From assembly GCA_918797485.1 (NCBI GenBank), contig CAKKNE010000001.1:5828001-5892000 (forward strand): a stretch of 64,000 nt of DNA, in the 5' to 3' direction. This document shows positions 9,741 through 19,370 of the stretch, piece by piece; the stretch's first letter is position 1, and the number at the start of each line of letters is the position of its first letter. The translations under genes and the position numbers were made by a program. The notes under the pieces are model-generated. The model saw only the letters and a list, made by a program, of their open reading frames with translations, was not told the origin of the DNA and searched no databases. Source of the DNA: Pelagomonas calceolata (taxonomy: Eukaryota).

Positions 9741-10200
9741 GGTCCGACGAGACCGCTATTACGATTCCTGGGGCCCCTAAAAAATTGGCGTTTTGACGGG
9801 AACGGGGCGCCATCGGGCCCAAATTATTTACTTTTTTCGGGGGCAGATCGGCCCCTGGAGGCCTCTCAGGGTAGGTCTGGTAGTGGTTAGTCGCCTGCGC
9901 CGCATACGCCGGCGCATGGGCCCACCGAGGGCTCTGGAAGCCATGGCCAAGTAATTCATGGTTTAGTGGGCCGCAGTGCTGAGAGAATTGGCCGAAATAT
10001 GCTGGAAGCGGCGGCGTATGCGGCGTAGGCGCTTGCGCGTGTATAGAACCGACCCTAGGCGACCCCAGGGAGACATCTTGGGCAGGGATTGACAGGATTC
10101 AGCCGGCGCGGCCGCCATAGACCGCAGGGCGCCCTCGCCCGCGAAATAAAAAAAATTCTTTTTTCGGCCCCCAGGAAGTGTCCCATTGGTCTCTTTGGAC
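9741..10200. repeat. Long imperfect inverted repeat (foldback/MITE-like)
   Basis: cgcctgcgccgcatacgccg (~9892-9911) matches the reverse complement of cggcgtatgcggcgtaggcg (~10012-10031) at 19/20. Outer arms: ggtccgacgagacc...ttcctggggcccctaaaaaa versus the reverse complement of 10159-10201 (ggtccaaagagacc...ttcctgggggccgaaaaaa). Confidence 0.65.
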
Positions 10201-10257
10201 CAGTAGCGAACCGAACGATGCTCAAACAAGTGCGTGAGCGTACCGAGTTTTTGCTTG

Positions 10258-10279
10258 CTAGTGTCTCACGCGCCGCTAG
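10258..10279 (+). promoter_or_regulatory. Conserved intergenic CTAG-box motif copy
   Basis: ctagtgtctcacgcgccgctag, ~200 bp upstream of the PRC1-like ATG; one of 11 copies. Confidence 0.55.
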
Positions 10280-10479
10280 CTAAGCAACTGCCTTTTGCGG
10301 AGGACGGCAGCTCGCCACAGCTGCCGGCTGTTGGCGGCTCTCAAAGCCGTCAGCAGTGTCTCAGAGCGTGCTCACCGCCACCAAGACGTAGCGACTCTCC
10401 ACGCGGCCGTCGTTTGCGCAAATAACGCTTTCGGCGCATACCACTGTTGGAGCGCTCTATACACGCGGCGCGCGCTACC

Positions 10480-12012
10480 ATGGCTGACTTCGCGGCCCAA
10501 GCGCCGCCGACGAGCGTCACGAAGAGCCCGGCGCCGTCCGTGGGCGCCGACTCGCCCTACCACTCCATCGTCCAGGACGCGCAGTCCGGCCTCATGGAAA
10601 AAGTACAAGCAGACGTGGGCCACGTCGTCCACGCGCTCGAGGCGATCTGGAACGAGGTCGGCTACTCGGGCGAGGAGCGGCGGCTCCAGATGGACAAGCT
10701 CAGCGACGAGCTCACGCAAACTTTGAGAGCGAAGCTCGCGCAGGAGGTGGAAGTGCGCGACGTCTTCAAGAAGGACATCCAGGCTAAGATTGCGGAGTGC
10801 GAGATGCTCGCGCGGAGTGTGGATGATGACGGTACTGGTAGTTTGCCCGAGGGTTTAGATGTTTCAAGGTTGCGACTGTCGCACGGCCTCATGAAGCTCG
10901 AGGAGGAGCAGGCCAAGCTCGAGGCCGCGACCCAATCCAGGAGAGACGAGTTCCAGAGTGTGTGGGTCGCGCTCAAGGCGTCGTCCGAGAAGCTGGGCGA
11001 CGCGTTAGATGCGGACTGCGCCGAGGTCGGCCGCGCTGATTTGACGAAGGCGCGACTCCTACGCTTCCGGAAAGCTTTGGAGGCCTCAACGCAGCTCGAG
11101 GCCGAGCGGAGGAATCGCCTGGAGTCCCTACAGAAATCAACTACAGCTCTAGAGAAGGAGCTTGATGATGTCTCAGACGCGCCTGTCGTCGAGGGTGCGG
11201 AATTGGCGTCGGCACGGATCGACCAGGCCCAAGCTCGCCTCCAAGCCCTCAAGGACGAGAAGGCCGCGCGATTGGCCAAGCTCGCCTCGCTGGGCGAGGA
11301 CATTTCTAGGTTGTGGCAACGATTAGGCGTGGACGAGGCGCGGCAGATCGAATTCCGGGACGCGGTGAAGCACGGCGGGCTGCGGGGCGTGACGTTCGAG
11401 TTCGGCGAGAAGGAGCTCGCGTCGTTACGGGCCGAGCTTTGTTCGCGGTGCGGCGACTTGACCAACAAAGCTAGAGCGAAGATCGATGGGTTGTGGGACG
11501 AATTGCAGACGCCGGAGGGCGTGAGAAAGGCCTTCGCGCCGCGCTGGGATGAAGTGAGTGAAAGGACGGAGGCTTTTCTTGCTTTACATGAGGCCGAGGT
11601 GTCGCGGCTGGAGGCGCGGCGCGAGCAGCTCCAGCCGTTACTTAAATTAGTAGAGAAGCGCGAGGAGTTGTTGCTCGAGCGGACGGCGTTGCATTCGCTC
11701 CAGAAGGACGCGGGCCGACTTTTACGAAGGGGCCCCGGCGCGGCAGCGGAGCGCAAGTACGAGAACGAGGCCATGCGGCGAGTCAAGCAGCTCCCGAAGC
11801 TCACGGAGCGGCTCTACGAGAAGTTGGTGGAGTGGGAGGAGTCGGAGCCGCCCGTGCTCTACAAAGGCACGAGGTACCTCGACAAGATGGCGCGGGACAA
11901 GCAGGAGGCGGCCGCCGAGCGCGCCGCGCACCTCGCGGCCAAGCGGCAGGCCCAGACCGCGCGCAAGGAGCGGCTCGCGGAGATGACGAACCAGAACTCG
12001 ACGGGGCTCTAG
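10480..12012 (+). CDS. MAP65/Ase1/PRC1 family microtubule-bundling protein
   Basis: ALEAIWNEVGYS, ISRLWQRLGV, KIDGLWDEL and LPKLTERLYEKLVEWEE...LYKGTRYLD are typical of the MAP65/Ase1 domain. Confidence 0.85.
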   Translation: MADFAAQAPPTSVTKSPAPSVGADSPYHSIVQDAQSGLMEKVQADVGHVVHALEAIWNEVGYSGEERRLQMDKLSDELTQTLRAKLAQEVEVRDVFKKDIQAKIAECEMLARSVDDDGTGSLPEGLDVSRLRLSHGLMKLEEEQAKLEAATQSRRDEFQSVWVALKASSEKLGDALDADCAEVGRADLTKARLLRFRKALEASTQLEAERRNRLESLQKSTTALEKELDDVSDAPVVEGAELASARIDQAQARLQALKDEKAARLAKLASLGEDISRLWQRLGVDEARQIEFRDAVKHGGLRGVTFEFGEKELASLRAELCSRCGDLTNKARAKIDGLWDELQTPEGVRKAFAPRWDEVSERTEAFLALHEAEVSRLEARREQLQPLLKLVEKREELLLERTALHSLQKDAGRLLRRGPGAAAERKYENEAMRRVKQLPKLTERLYEKLVEWEESEPPVLYKGTRYLDKMARDKQEAAAERAAHLAAKRQAQTARKERLAEMTNQNSTGL

Positions 12013-12201
12013 GCGTTAGCGTTCCCCGGGCATAAGTTTACAATTACGACACCTGTACCTTCGGTCGCGCGTGCTTGCAGCTCGCGCAGTCCATGCGGTA
12101 GTGCTCCACGTCGACGGCGAAGCGACACTCATGCCGTACGACTCCTCCAGGGAGGCCTGGAGCGGCTTCTTGAGGGAAACTCCACAGAGGGAGAACTGGT
12201 G

Positions 12202-12223
12202 CTAGTGTGTGTCGCTGCGCTAG
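12202..12223 (+). promoter_or_regulatory. Conserved intergenic CTAG-box motif copy
   Basis: ctagtgtgtgtcgctgcgctag, ~85 bp upstream of ATG 12307. Confidence 0.45.
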
Positions 12224-12306
12224 GTCAGCCAGCTCGATGAGAGGACAAAAAGCTCAGCCCCAGGGCGTCTGCAAACGCATTCGTGCTCGCTTGCAGCTCT
12301 ACAGTT

Positions 12307-12738
12307 ATGCCTTCGCCCGCAGCGAGCGATGGCGCAGCGACCGCCGCACCAGAGGCGACTGACAAGGCGCCAGCACCAGAGGCCGCAGCGACGAGCGACG
12401 CCGCAGAGTCCAAGGAAGAAGAGGACTGCGGCTTCTGCACCTACATGCGCGCGGGCCCCTGCGGCGAGGTCTTCACCGCGTGGGAGAAGTGCGTCGAGGA
12501 CCACCGGAGCCGCGACGAGGACTTTGCGAAGGGCTGCGTGCCCGCGACGCGCGCCCTGACCGAGTGCATGAGCGAGCACAAGGACTATTACGAGCTCCCG
12601 GATCAGGAGGCACCCGCGGCGGACGCGCCTGAGACGGCGCCGATCGCCGCGGCCACGGTTGCCGACGCGCCCGCGGCCACCGCGTCGGTGGAGCCCGCTG
12701 GCGGCGACCCGGCGGCGGAGAGCCGGGCGGCCGCGTAG
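12307..12738 (+). CDS. GCK-domain / twin-Cys (Mia40/CHCH-like) small protein
   Basis: CGFCTYMRAGPCGEVFTAWEKCV...C...ALTECMSEHKDYY matches the GCK domain pattern. Confidence 0.75.
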   Translation: MPSPAASDGAATAAPEATDKAPAPEAAATSDAAESKEEEDCGFCTYMRAGPCGEVFTAWEKCVEDHRSRDEDFAKGCVPATRALTECMSEHKDYYELPDQEAPAADAPETAPIAAATVADAPAATASVEPAGGDPAAESRAAA

Positions 12739-12841
12739 ATGTCACGTGTGTTCTCGTGTGCCCGGTGGATGCAATGCGGCGTAGCACCCGGAGCAGAGTC
12801 TGTTGTAGAGTTATAAATAGATAAGGTTAAATTCGAATTGC

Positions 12842-15214
12842 TCAGTCCTCGGCCAAAACGACGAGCATGTCGTAGTAGTCCCAGACGCGTTTTGTGGATT
12901 TGTCGGGCGGGTTGACGACGGCGCGGTCGTCGCCCGTCCGCCGGAAGCCGACGAGCGTCTCCGGCTCGTCGCGCGCGCGGCACGCGGCGGCGACGTCGAA
13001 GAAGGACAGGTGCGCGCCGTCGGGAATGTAGTGGCCCGCTGGACGGATGTAGATCTCCGCGCCGCTCTCTTCGAACAACGAGTTCAGAATGCGGTTCACG
13101 TCGCGGTCCTCGGCGACCATCGCGATCGCGTCCGAGACCATGGAGTTCGAGAGCACGTAGTCGCTGATGCCCGCATCGGCGATCAAAGCGCGCGTCCGCG
13201 CATCCAAAATCTCGGAGAGCACAACACACCTATCCTTCGCTTGCGAGAGGTCGCCCGCCCAGTCGGCGACGGCCCAGGGCGACTTCGACTCTTCCCCGCG
13301 CGGCGACAGGGGCTCGCGCGCGTTCCGGATGCGGGTGTTCTGGATGTCTCTCAATAGGAGTAAGGTAGCGAGGGCCTGCGAGTCCTTGTCCGTCGCGTTC
13401 TTCTCGGCGGCGTCATCCGCGAGAATGATGCACGACGTGAATCTTTCGAGAGGTAACCTCTCCAAATCCCGCCGCGAGCACAGGTCGCCCGTCGCGTGGA
13501 CGACCTTGAGCTTGCTTAAGGTAGGTGGCCGCTTGCGCTGGTCCCTAGCTCGCGCGAGGCGGTCCTTTTGCTCCTGGACGTCCAACCCAGAGAAGAGGTG
13601 GAGCTCCGAGCCGGCGACCACGAAATCGTCCAGGAGCTGGATCACATCATCCAGATCCCGCCGCCAGCCGCAGAAGAGCACGCGCTCCGGTCTCGGTGTT
13701 TTCGGTGTGTGCACGTCTTCTTCGTGCTCCACAATTATATCGGAGGGCTTGGGACCGACTTCGTACGAATCGTCGTCCTCGGCCAATACGATGATCCGGT
13801 CACCCCTTTGCACGACTTCGCCGCGCGGCGGGTTGATCATCACATTTTTATGTCGCAGCAACCCGAGCGGCGCCGCGTCGGCGAAGCGTAGGACCACATC
13901 ATCGAAAGAACAACCAACGAGTTCCGGATGCTCGGAACAATAAAACTCGCAGCCCTCGAAACCTAAGACGTCGTTCCAGACCTGGGCCAAGCCCGGTTGT
14001 CTCGCGCATTGGATCATCAACCTCCCAATGACGTCATGCGCTACAATTGTTTCCACGGCCTCGCCGCCGACCATTTTCACGAGAGGCTCGTTATCCACAT
14101 CGCACATCTCGCACACGATGTGGCCCTTCGAGGCGCACTTGGCTCGGAGACCGACGAGAGACAAAACAACTCGCAGAGACTTGGCGTCGGCCTGGTCGGC
14201 GGTGCCCTCGCCCGCTAAGATTATGGTCGAGCGGGCACCGGCGGCATTCACCTTTTTGAGATCTGCCACCAACAGAGGATTGCCCTCTCTACAAATGACG
14301 CGCGTGCCCAGACTCTCGTATTCAAATTCCCCAATCAACTCCTCCTGGCGCTCCTTTTCCATCTCCGCCAGTATCACGATGACGCCGCCGCCCTCGGACT
14401 CGTTGGCGTTGGACACTTGCTCGACGATGGGTAACGTCTTGTCGCTCCATCCTAAAACTAAAGTGTGGTTCGTTTCCAATACGTCGCTTCGTCCCTTCTT
14501 GAGGTCATCTACGTAGTCTCCGACGGCGTCCGAGACGATGCCGAGGAGCAAGGCGGTGATGAACATGCCGCCGAGGGCGGAGGCGACGGCGACGACGCGG
14601 GCCGATAGCGAGCTTTCCGTGGCCGACGCGGCCGTGAAGTCGATGCCAACGAGGGCCACGTTTTCCCACACGGCCTCCCCAAATCCCGTGGACGAGACGC
14701 CGTAGAGCAACAGGCCACCGACGAGAACCATCGCGATCGAGACGTAGAGCAGCGCGAGGATCTTCGCGTTCGGGTTCGAGGAGAACCAGCAGTCGATGCG
14801 GTAGGCGAGGCGCTCGCTCGCCCGGTGCCCGTCGCGGGCCGGCAGCAGGTCGTCGATGCGTCGGAGCGCGACCGCGGCGGCGGCGACGCAGACCAGCGTC
14901 GCTGCAAGCGTCGCGAGGCGCGGCGCCGTGAACGCCTCGTCAGTGTCTTCGACGGCGGCGTCATCGGTGCCCGCGCAAGCCTCAGGAGTTGGCGCGACCG
15001 TGACGTCGTCCGGCACGCCGCAGGCATTCACGTCTCGCGATGCACCGAGCTTCGCAGAATCGGCGAGCTGTGCTCTCAGGCAGGCCACGGTGCGCCCCTG
15101 CGCGGCGTTTTGCCGCGTCAATTGCTGGAGCTTGAGGAGACCCACGGCGACGACCAGGAAGCGCAGGCCCAGCAGCGCTCGGCTCGCTCGGTTCGGCTGT
15201 GGTCGAAGCAACAT
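12842..15214 (-). CDS. CASTOR/POLLUX/DMI1-like cation channel
   Basis: RLAYRIDCWFS..P.AK, LGIVSDAV...VDDLKKGRSDV.E.NHTLVLGWSDK, ANESEGGG, ETIVAHDVIGRLMIQCARQPGLAQ, LFCGWRRDLDD and DSQALATLLLLRDIQ are all characteristic of this family. Confidence 0.9.
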   Translation of the reverse strand: MLLRPQPNRASRALLGLRFLVVAVGLLKLQQLTRQNAAQGRTVACLRAQLADSAKLGASRDVNACGVPDDVTVAPTPEACAGTDDAAVEDTDEAFTAPRLATLAATLVCVAAAAVALRRIDDLLPARDGHRASERLAYRIDCWFSSNPNAKILALLYVSIAMVLVGGLLLYGVSSTGFGEAVWENVALVGIDFTAASATESSLSARVVAVASALGGMFITALLLGIVSDAVGDYVDDLKKGRSDVLETNHTLVLGWSDKTLPIVEQVSNANESEGGGVIVILAEMEKERQEELIGEFEYESLGTRVICREGNPLLVADLKKVNAAGARSTIILAGEGTADQADAKSLRVVLSLVGLRAKCASKGHIVCEMCDVDNEPLVKMVGGEAVETIVAHDVIGRLMIQCARQPGLAQVWNDVLGFEGCEFYCSEHPELVGCSFDDVVLRFADAAPLGLLRHKNVMINPPRGEVVQRGDRIIVLAEDDDSYEVGPKPSDIIVEHEEDVHTPKTPRPERVLFCGWRRDLDDVIQLLDDFVVAGSELHLFSGLDVQEQKDRLARARDQRKRPPTLSKLKVVHATGDLCSRRDLERLPLERFTSCIILADDAAEKNATDKDSQALATLLLLRDIQNTRIRNAREPLSPRGEESKSPWAVADWAGDLSQAKDRCVVLSEILDARTRALIADAGISDYVLSNSMVSDAIAMVAEDRDVNRILNSLFEESGAEIYIRPAGHYIPDGAHLSFFDVAAACRARDEPETLVGFRRTGDDRAVVNPPDKSTKRVWDYYDMLVVLAED

Positions 15215-15350
15215 TCTGCCAGCCACGCGTCTGGTGCCGGCCGCAGGCCTGCGCGGCCCAGAGATTTCGAACTCGGCAGCTGTCCAACTGGCCGGCCACG
15301 GGTCGAGCCCGCTCACTAGATAGGGCCACTAGAAAGGTGATAGGATAAAT

Positions 15351-18300
15351 CTAGTTTAGACAGGGCATAGGTTCGTCGGGGAGCAGCTGCGGAGGAGGCT
15401 TCGGCGCCTCGACGGGCGGCGGCGACACCGCTGGGGTCGTCGCATCAGGCGCGAACACGACCGGCTCCGGAGGAGACTCGCGCGTAGACGACGCCGGCGA
15501 CTCCGTCACCACCCTATTCACGGGGTCCGGGTGCGGCACCAATGGTACATCATCGTGCCGCGCGGCCGGCGTCGGCGGCTGCAAATCCCCGACAGGCTCA
15601 TCATCAGAAGAGTCCTCGAGCTCCAGCCGCGCCGGCGACTTTTGCAGGAAGTCGTCGGCCGGCGGCGGCTTTAACGACTCGTCGTCCGACGAAAAAATAT
15701 CATCCTTCGAGTCCAGCCGCGACGGCGTCTCCTCATTTAGTGAGGGCCGCGCCTTCTTCTTCGAGGGCGTGTCACCATCGTCGAGGGGCCGCTTCGGTAA
15801 AGGAGACGACGGCACGACCGACGCCGCGACGGCGTCGGCGTCGACGGGCGCGTTCCGGACCCGCACATTGTCCCGCAATCGCTGCGCCAGTAACCGCTGC
15901 TGGTCGTGCGACGGTTGTGGGGGAGGACCGTGGAACTTGACGACGTTCAGGTCATCACCTCTACCGGCGCGCCAGGCGACCTGGTCCCAGGCGCGCGCGG
16001 CCTGGACCGGTGAGTCGTAGCCTCCTAATGAAAACCGATCGCCTAGCAAAGAGAAAGCAGCGTTGTATCTGGCAGCATCGCCGTACCACTTCCGCGTCAC
16101 GCCCCGGAACCGGCGATGCGCCGGCTGCGACGCGTCGGCGGCCTCGGCGGCCTCGAGCTCTTCCGCGAGCCGTTGGTCCGCCTCCGGCGCGGCGCCTTTC
16201 AATACAAGATCGGCGATTTCCGACGCGCTCAGTTCTAATGTTCGATCCTCCCCCTCAGGGTCCGTGAACTTGACGCGCCACGCTCGCACCAACGCCCCAC
16301 TGACGGAATCTCTCCGAGGCGCCGCTCTACCAATAACGTCGCCGGCTAGCACGCGCCCATCGAATGACCGAGCGACCATGACGCCCGTATGTATTAAAAC
16401 TCTGCGAGGTTGCCGCTGGTGGTCGACCGAGCCCTTACGACTGGCATTAATCACGTCGTCTGGCGCGCAGACGGACATCCTACGTCCTAGACGAGCATCC
16501 CGCGCCCTTTCAGCATGCGCTCTTTGCCGACACGCCGCCGACGCCCACTTCCTTCTATGCGACGCGGACCGCCCGCGATTGTCAATCGATTTCCCGCAGC
16601 CGCACAAGCAGACACATAAATCATCTTCCCGGGGCTCGTAGTTCCCCAGTACAGATGGCGGCGGCGCGTTGAAGTCCGCACTATTCGGAGGCAGCTGTTC
16701 GAAGACGTCGCGCAGTCGAGGATCTCGCGAGGCTCGTTCCCGACAACTTCGTGTCGCCCACTTCCGGCGGTGAGACGTCGCCCGGCCCCGATTGTCGACC
16801 CTATCCCCGCAACCGCAGGGACACGCAAACTCGAGAGGCGCGGCGGGGTCATATCGAGAATACGCGATCAATCGTCGAGCCTCCTCCGTCGCAGCGTCGA
16901 AGGGCCCGACAAAAGGAGAAATAGGCGGCGTATAAGATCGTGGAGGCGGCTCCTGGGCCCCTAGAGCTTCCCGAGCAGCCAAAGCGGCGTCGTGCGCCGC
17001 CTTCCTGTCAATTCTCTCAGCCTTCCTCGTCTCATCCTGTAGACGTGTCCCATGCTTCGACGTTTGAGAAACGAGTCGTCTTGCCTCCGTCTCCACTATT
17101 GTATCAACGTCGGCCAGGCCCGCGGGGTTCCATTCCGGGCGCGGTTTTTCTATATCAACAGGTTTCGCTTGTAACCTAAAACCGCGCGCGCCGGGTAATC
17201 TTCCTATGGTCTCCTCGCGCTTCTTCCAGGCCTCTCGTTGATCGTTCAGTCGCACTTTCCACGCGGCGTACTGGGGAGAACCCTTGAACCGGCCGTAATA
17301 TAGATCTAGGGCATCGCCTACGGTACATCGCGCGAACGAAGCCGCGCTCTCCGTGCGATGGCCACCCCTCGGAGCTTTTTGTAATTTCTTGAGAGCCTGG
17401 GCGCAGTCCCGGTCCGTATCCAGCAACGCCTCGGCGAACCGATGCAAGTCATGGTCGCACCAGTCTCGCCGTCTCGCGTTGTCTATGCTCGTAGGCTTCT
17501 TCGGCTTCTTCTTGGGCGGCGGTGCTGGAGCCTCGCCGCCCAACAACGCCGCCGCCGCGAGAAACGCGTCGACGGCCGAGCTCAGCGTCTGGTCGGGAGG
17601 TGGCGTCCCGAAGCTTGCCAAAGTTGTTTCGACGTCGTTGTTGTGATCATTTAACTCCTCGAGGGCCTTCTCCTCGCCGATACCTAATTCTCTAGCCTTC
17701 GCGATGAAGTCGTCGACGGCAGCAGGGTCGAGGTCCCCTCTCACCCAAGCAGAGCCCGCGGCGACCCTCCGATCCTTCCGCCGCATCTCCGGCGTCCGCC
17801 GCGGCAATAACGGATCGTCGTCATCCGACTCCGCGCTCGACCAGAGGCGTCTCCGTCGCACGACGGGTTTTGGGGGAGGCGGCGACCGCGGCGCGCGCGG
17901 CGCGGCGTCGCGCCGCGCGGGCGGCCTTCTAGGCGGCCGCCGCTTCGGCGCGGGCTCCTCGGCCTTGACGGGCGGCGGCGGCTCTTTGGCGCGGCGCGGG
18001 GGGGCGCGGCGCGCCGGTTGCGGCGGTTGTTGCGGCGGCGCCTCCTCAACCTCGGGCGCGCGCGGGCTCGCCGACCGCGGCGAGGGCGCCTTGCGCTTCG
18101 GCGCGACGCCGGCGCGCGGCGAGGCCTTGCGCTTCGCCTCTCCCCTTGCAATCTCGTCGGCGCGGATTTTCGCGTACGCCGCGGCCTTCGCGGCGGCGGC
18201 CTGCTGGCGCGCCGTCGCGCCGATCGGTGCAGGCGGTGGACTGGGTGGAGGCGGCGGCGCCTTGGGCTCCTTCTTGGGCTTCTTCGGGGGCGGCGGCTTG

Positions 18301-18686
18301 GCTTTGGTCGTCCGCGCGATCTCGTCCGCTCTTATTTTTTCATATGCGGCAGCTTTCGCTCGAGCGGCCTCTTGGCGCGCCGTGGCGTTCGAGCGGCGCT
18401 CCGGTTCTGGCTCGTCTTTCGGCTTCGGCGGGGGCCGCGGGCGCTTCGGTTTTTTCGTGGGCGTCCTTACAGTGGATTTGCCATCACCTTCTTTCCACGC
18501 GGCGAGCCATTCCCTAAAACCCGCGGGCGGCGCCCAGTCGCCGCCGTCCGGTTCCGTGATGCCGTCGTGGGCTCTTACCACTCGACAGACGATCGCGCCC
18601 TGCTTCGCTCTTCTACAACTCTCGCAGCGCTTGAGCTCGAAGGGGATCTCCTTGGGGATCTTGCCTTTCAGGCGGGCGAGGGCCAT
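15351..18686 (-). CDS. Large nuclear protein with a SANT-like region, two CxCGCG Zn-binding repeats and an AP2/ERF domain
   Basis: AP2: RRFRGVTRKW...YNAAF...SLGGYDSPVQAARAWDQVAW. Duplicated CPCGCG/CLCGCG..DNRGR..SHRRKWA...CR. SANT-like: WCDHDLHRFAEAL...LYYGRFK. Confidence 0.65.
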   Translation of the reverse strand: MALARLKGKIPKEIPFELKRCESCRRAKQGAIVCRVVRAHDGITEPDGGDWAPPAGFREWLAAWKEGDGKSTVRTPTKKPKRPRPPPKPKDEPEPERRSNATARQEAARAKAAAYEKIRADEIARTTKAKPPPPKKPKKEPKAPPPPPSPPPAPIGATARQQAAAAKAAAYAKIRADEIARGEAKRKASPRAGVAPKRKAPSPRSASPRAPEVEEAPPQQPPQPARRAPPRRAKEPPPPVKAEEPAPKRRPPRRPPARRDAAPRAPRSPPPPKPVVRRRRLWSSAESDDDDPLLPRRTPEMRRKDRRVAAGSAWVRGDLDPAAVDDFIAKARELGIGEEKALEELNDHNNDVETTLASFGTPPPDQTLSSAVDAFLAAAALLGGEAPAPPPKKKPKKPTSIDNARRRDWCDHDLHRFAEALLDTDRDCAQALKKLQKAPRGGHRTESAASFARCTVGDALDLYYGRFKGSPQYAAWKVRLNDQREAWKKREETIGRLPGARGFRLQAKPVDIEKPRPEWNPAGLADVDTIVETEARRLVSQTSKHGTRLQDETRKAERIDRKAAHDAALAAREALGAQEPPPRSYTPPISPFVGPFDAATEEARRLIAYSRYDPAAPLEFACPCGCGDRVDNRGRATSHRRKWATRSCRERASRDPRLRDVFEQLPPNSADFNAPPPSVLGNYEPREDDLCVCLCGCGKSIDNRGRSASHRRKWASAACRQRAHAERARDARLGRRMSVCAPDDVINASRKGSVDHQRQPRRVLIHTGVMVARSFDGRVLAGDVIGRAAPRRDSVSGALVRAWRVKFTDPEGEDRTLELSASEIADLVLKGAAPEADQRLAEELEAAEAADASQPAHRRFRGVTRKWYGDAARYNAAFSLLGDRFSLGGYDSPVQAARAWDQVAWRAGRGDDLNVVKFHGPPPQPSHDQQRLLAQRLRDNVRVRNAPVDADAVAASVVPSSPLPKRPLDDGDTPSKKKARPSLNEETPSRLDSKDDIFSSDDESLKPPPADDFLQKSPARLELEDSSDDEPVGDLQPPTPAARHDDVPLVPHPDPVNRVVTESPASSTRESPPEPVVFAPDATTPAVSPPPVEAPKPPPQLLPDEPMPCLN

Positions 18687-19370
18687 GATCGCTTGTCTTG
18701 CTTCGCTTCTACGCACGTCAACGCGGCAGCGTAAGCGCAGCTATTTTTGCTTCTTCGCGTCGCGATTGACGGCAACGCGGCGGCGCCCTCCAAGGCTGCT
18801 CGCAGCGCCCCGAAACTCGGGGCCGTGGCCTTTGGTACTGTCCCGCGCGGCTCGCGCGGCCCAGGGTGCTGCGGCGGCGTGAGGGCCGCGTGCCCCGCAG
18901 CTGGATCTCAGAGCGTGCCGGTCGGTATTGCTCGAATTATGAGCCGTTCGTCGCCGGACTTGCGCCGTTGGCAGAGCGACAGCACAGCGCCGTCGCTGTA
19001 CGCCGTGCCAAAAGGGGGCGCAGTGCACTTTGTTTGCGAATCGAGCAATTTAGTACCGCGAAGGCAGAGGGCAGTGCGCCCGGTCTAGTGGGCCATGCGC
19101 GAGGAGAGGACAAGCGTCCTTTGTACGCCTACAGTTCCCGCATTAAGTTGCATCGAGCTGTGGAGCATACAAAATTTAAATCAAGCCGACTACCCTCCGC
19201 GGGCGTGTTGAACATCCCACAAAGGACGGAGATCTGCCGCTTGAATGCCTTCAGGAGCCACCCGGCACCTCTCCGACCCCCCTGAGACAGAATCACCACC
19301 CCCACGCCAACGACGCAGAGGCCAGACGCGCCGCGCCCTCCCCGCATCAGCAAAAGATAAACAACAACTA

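Noticed and set aside
15316..15333. CTAG-N-CTAG pairs at ~15316, ~3213 and ~57852 as further motif copies
   Set aside because: Shorter spacing and no TGTYTTACA core; not counted.
8800..19290. Short similarity between GGGGGTCAGTCGGAGAGGT (~8813) and the reverse complement of ~19268-19283, as TIRs of a large element or an ncRNA
   Set aside because: The match is too short, there is no TSD, and it would enclose ordinary housekeeping genes.
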